Source: an uncultured Acidimicrobiaceae bacterium
GTDB taxonomy: Bacteria; Actinomycetota; Acidimicrobiia; Acidimicrobiales; RAAP-2
Assembly (NCBI GenBank): GCA_963756195.1
Contig: CAVWMT010000006.1
Coordinates: forward strand, 82,206-146,205
Direction: 5' to 3'
Length of the DNA: 64,000 bases
Below the pieces are notes generated by a model. The model saw only the letters and a program-made list of their open reading frames with translations. It had not been told where the DNA came from and did no database searches. This document shows, piece after piece, positions 61,195 through 64,000 of the stretch; within the stretch, counting starts at the first letter, position 1; every line of letters starts with the position of its first letter. Made by a program: the position numbers and the translations under genes.

Positions 61195-61488
61195 TCAGGG
61201 AGACGGCCTGGACTTCGACTTCCTACGAGCCCGCAGCAGGATCACCAGGCGATCGGTTGCCGCCCCCAACACGGCGGCGATGATGAGGACCCAGATGAGG
61301 CTCAGCCGGGTGCTGAAGAAGACGAAGCCGACCTTGACCGTCTGGCTGTTGTCGAGCACGAAGGCGACGAGGAGGACGAGCCCGATGGCCGCCACCACGA
61401 TGCGGGCCACATCACGGTTGAGCCGGATTCGCGGGCGGTGGGACCGGCCGGTCTGCTCTGCACTCGGCATCCCTGCACTGGTCGCCAT
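61195..61488 (-). CDS. LapA/DUF1049-like small membrane protein (copy b)
   Basis: ATG 61488 follows aaggag. The core is IVVAAIGLVLLVAFVLDNSQTVKVGFVFFSTRLSLIWVLIIAAVLGAATDRLV. It lies 74 nt upstream of DUF2252b on the same strand. The 230-aa track ORF over-extends upstream. Confidence 0.6.
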   Translation of the reverse strand: MATSAGMPSAEQTGRSHRPRIRLNRDVARIVVAAIGLVLLVAFVLDNSQTVKVGFVFFSTRLSLIWVLIIAAVLGAATDRLVILLRARRKSKSRPSP

Positions 61489-61612
61489 GGGCCGCTCCTT
61501 CGATCCCCAACCGGTCCGGCACGACCCCAGCCGGCGCACCGTCGGACCGACAGTATCGGGCCCGAACACGGCGGGCAGGCATGGAAGCCGGACCCCGACC
61601 GACGGGCCCGGA

Positions 61613-63295
61613 TCAGATGAACAGCAGGGTGGCGTGGTGGGCGAAGTCCACGATGGGAGCGGGGATGATGCCGAAGATGACCGAGAAGGCCACGCAGATC
61701 CCGATGCAGAGCGCGGTGAGAGGCGGCACCGGTACCACGCCTCGCTCGGTGACCTCCGGGAGGGGCGGATCATCGGTGAGCGCCCGCAGGCTGAAGGCGC
61801 CGTCCGACGACCGGGGTGCGGCGGTGGCCTCGCCGGCGGCCATGGCCCCGGGACCGACCGCCCCCGCACCGGCCAGCACGGGGACATCCGGCTCGGCGAC
61901 GGGCGCGACGTCGCCGATCATCCCGACCGGCGAGTACATGGCCACGGCCAGGCGCAGGTAGAAGAAGGCGGCGATGGCCGCCGAAACCATGGCCACTACG
62001 GCCAGGGTGTCGCTGTGGGTGGCAACCGATGCCTCGACCACCCCGAACTTGGCTAGGAAGCCGGTGGTGAAGGGCACGCCGGCCTGGGCCACCAAGAGCA
62101 CGGCGAAGCCGCCGGCCAGCAGCGGCTGGCGCGCCGCCAGCCCCCGGTAGTCGGTGAGGTCGTGGCCGACGTCGCCGGGGCGTCCGATAGTGGCGATGAC
62201 GGCGAACGAGCCGATGGTCAGGAACGTGTAGGCGAAGAGGTAGTAGAGGGCGGCCGACACCCCCCTGGCCGTGGCCGCTTCCACCCCGAGCAAGATGAAG
62301 CCCACATGGTTGATCGAGGAGTAGGCCATCATCCGTTTTACGTCGCGCTGGAGGAGGGCGACCACGGCTCCGAGCAGGAGGCTCAGGAAGGCAATGGCCC
62401 AGACCACCGGCTGCCAATCGGCCCGCAGCGTCGGGAAGGTGGAAACGAACACCCGGAGGATGGCGGCGAAGGCACCGACCTTGGCCACTGCGGCCATGAA
62501 GCCGGTGACCGGCGAAGGAGCCCCCTGGTAGACGTCGGGCGACCACATGTGGAACGGCACCGCCGCCATCTTGAAGCCGAAGCCCACCAGTAGGAGGGCG
62601 AGCCCGCCGAGCAGCACGCCGTTCTGCGCCACCACGTTGCGGGCCAGGAAGTCGGCGATCTCGGGAAGGTTGCTGGATCCGGTGGCGCCGTAGGTCAGGG
62701 CGATGCCGTAGACGAACACCGCCGATGAGAAGGCGCCGAGGACGAAGTACTTGAGGCCAGCCTCCCCCGACTCGCTGCGCCGCAGGTTGGTGGCGGCCAG
62801 GACGTAGAGCGGGATGGAGAGGATTTCGAGGCCGAGGAAGATGACGATGAGGTCGTTGGCCGACCCCATGACCATGGCGCCCGACGCCGACAGCATGGCC
62901 AGCACGTGGAACTCGGGTCCGTCGACCCCTTCGCGACGCAGATAGCCGTCGGCAGCCAGGGCAGTGAGCAGCATGGCGATGGACACCACGATCTGGATGA
63001 AGACGTCGAACCCGTCGAAGGCGATGGCCCCGGCGACGGTCACCTTGGCCCCATGGGTGGCCACGTCGTCCCACTGAAACAGGCCGGCCACCAGCGCCGC
63101 CATCGACGTGACGGCGGCCATGAGCGTCCCCGACCCGACCCCGAGCACCCGTCGGAACATCGAGGAGGCGGCCATGAGCGAGACGGCACCGCCCATCATG
63201 ATGAGGAGGGGCAGGATGCTCAAGTAGTCGATGTGGGGCACGTGGATGGCCGTCGACGCCGGGCGCGACGCGGCGAGGATGACGGTGGCCGTCAC
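61613..63295 (-). CDS. nuoN: NADH-quinone oxidoreductase subunit N
   Basis: Intact 560 aa: LGLEILSIPLYVLA, GFKMAAVPFHMWSPDVYQGAPSPVTGFMA, MMAYSSINHVGF. The start overlaps the nuoM stop (GTGA). Confidence 0.93.
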   Translation of the reverse strand: MTATVILAASRPASTAIHVPHIDYLSILPLLIMMGGAVSLMAASSMFRRVLGVGSGTLMAAVTSMAALVAGLFQWDDVATHGAKVTVAGAIAFDGFDVFIQIVVSIAMLLTALAADGYLRREGVDGPEFHVLAMLSASGAMVMGSANDLIVIFLGLEILSIPLYVLAATNLRRSESGEAGLKYFVLGAFSSAVFVYGIALTYGATGSSNLPEIADFLARNVVAQNGVLLGGLALLLVGFGFKMAAVPFHMWSPDVYQGAPSPVTGFMAAVAKVGAFAAILRVFVSTFPTLRADWQPVVWAIAFLSLLLGAVVALLQRDVKRMMAYSSINHVGFILLGVEAATARGVSAALYYLFAYTFLTIGSFAVIATIGRPGDVGHDLTDYRGLAARQPLLAGGFAVLLVAQAGVPFTTGFLAKFGVVEASVATHSDTLAVVAMVSAAIAAFFYLRLAVAMYSPVGMIGDVAPVAEPDVPVLAGAGAVGPGAMAAGEATAAPRSSDGAFSLRALTDDPPLPEVTERGVVPVPPLTALCIGICVAFSVIFGIIPAPIVDFAHHATLLFI

Positions 63296-64000
63296 GGTGC
63301 CCTCCCAGCGGCCAGGGCGCTACCCGCCGCACCGTCGGCACCGGCGCCCCGGCCGGCAGCCAAGGCGCCGACCCGGTGGTCGCGGGCCGCGGCCAGCTGC
63401 GGGTCGAGGGCAGCTGGCACCGGTGTCCCCGTGACCCGGTCCACATGCACGATGAGCTGGTTAACCGACGGGGTGATGCGGTCGAGCACCGGCTTCGGGA
63501 AGACGCCGAGGAAGACGATGATCACGACGAGCGGGGCGATGACCAGCCGCTCACGCCACGCCAGGTCGAGGGTCCGGGTGTCGGCCTCGGTCGGGCGGCC
63601 GTGGAAGCTCTGCTGGTAGGCCCACAGCAGGTAGATGGCGGCCACGATCACACCGGTCGACGCCACCACCGCCCACCACCGGTGGGCCACGAAGGTGCCG
63701 ACCAGGATGAGGAACTCGCCGACGAACCCGTTGAGGCCGGGCATCCCGATGGACGCCATTATGGCCACGGTGAAGACGCCGGCCAGCACCGGTGCGGGCG
63801 CCTGCAGGCCCCGCAACGCGGTGAGCTGCCAGCTTCCCCGCCGCTCGTAGATCCACCCGACCAAAAGGAACAGGGTGGCCACGATGAGGCCGTGGTTGAC
63901 CATCTGGAGGACCCCACCGGCCACCCCCTGGCTGTTCAGGGCGAAGGTGCCGAGGGCGATGAACCCGATCTGGGCCAGCGACGAGTAGGCCAGGAGGCGC
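63292..64000 (-). CDS. nuoM: NADH-quinone oxidoreductase subunit M, C-terminal part (5' end outside the window)
   Basis: LQMVNHGLIVATLFLLVGWIYERRGS, GMPGLNGFVGEFLILVGTF. The open frame continues to the window edge (LLAYSSLAQIGFIALG). Confidence 0.9.
   Translation of the reverse strand, partial: RLLAYSSLAQIGFIALGTFALNSQGVAGGVLQMVNHGLIVATLFLLVGWIYERRGSWQLTALRGLQAPAPVLAGVFTVAIMASIGMPGLNGFVGEFLILVGTFVAHRWWAVVASTGVIVAAIYLLWAYQQSFHGRPTEADTRTLDLAWRERLVIAPLVVIIVFLGVFPKPVLDRITPSVNQLIVHVDRVTGTPVPAALDPQLAAARDHRVGALAAGRGAGADGAAGSALAAGRAP

Overview
This window is a high-GC (roughly 70% by eye) actinobacterial-type chromosomal segment, densely coding on both strands. I saw no rRNA, tRNA, CRISPR array, transposase or integrase.

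Core content:
- A respiratory island: ctaC-ctaD-ctaF (+, 13.5-16.6 kb) faces ctaE-qcrC-qcrA-qcrB (-, 18.6-22.5 kb).
- HelD-like helicase, then hemE-hemH-hemY-lnt (+, 25.4-30.7 kb).
- acs translationally coupled to a small HAD phosphatase.
- A 1079-aa MprF/DUF2156-type membrane protein.
- nuoN and nuoM at the 3' edge.
- At 5.4-10.5 kb: nitronate monooxygenase, GH1 beta-glucosidase, thiolase-like protein and enoyl-CoA hydratase.

Accessory-looking content:
- Two repeat-rich secreted or anchored proteins (1.2-5.2 kb).
- A lower-GC islet (36.9-37.9 kb).
- A membrane-protein neighbourhood at 37-49 kb: bPH, YihY, ClC, MFS, DUF1049, DUF2252, an inverted PLDc_N+SHOCT pair around a 471-aa membrane protein, a GAP-family protein, and a K-channel-like protein.
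- A split NuoF-like / ferric-reductase-like module (49.3-51.7 kb).
- A response regulator - histidine kinase - ApbE - ferredoxin operon (54.2-57.7 kb).
- gadB with a second DUF1049-DUF2252 pair (58.2-61.5 kb).

Major caveat: many genes, including essential ones (qcrA, qcrC, hemE, hemH, hemY), are broken by single-base frame shifts, several at homopolymer runs. I read these as probable assembly indels rather than decay. Labelling rule: two or more disruptions = pseudogene; none or one = CDS with a note.

All product calls come from motif and sequence recognition by eye, with no database search. Gene starts are often uncertain (GTG/TTG starts are common). The long Arg/Gly-rich antisense ORFs in the track are treated as high-GC shadow ORFs.

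I found no single clear-cut novel system. The best candidates for follow-up are:
- the split NuoF-like/ferric-reductase module together with the TCS-ApbE-ferredoxin operon;
- the PLDc_N/SHOCT-bracketed membrane module;
- the duplicated DUF2252/DUF1049 pairs;
- a recurrent CTGAGAAC motif array;
- an Lnt homolog with Ser at the catalytic Cys position.
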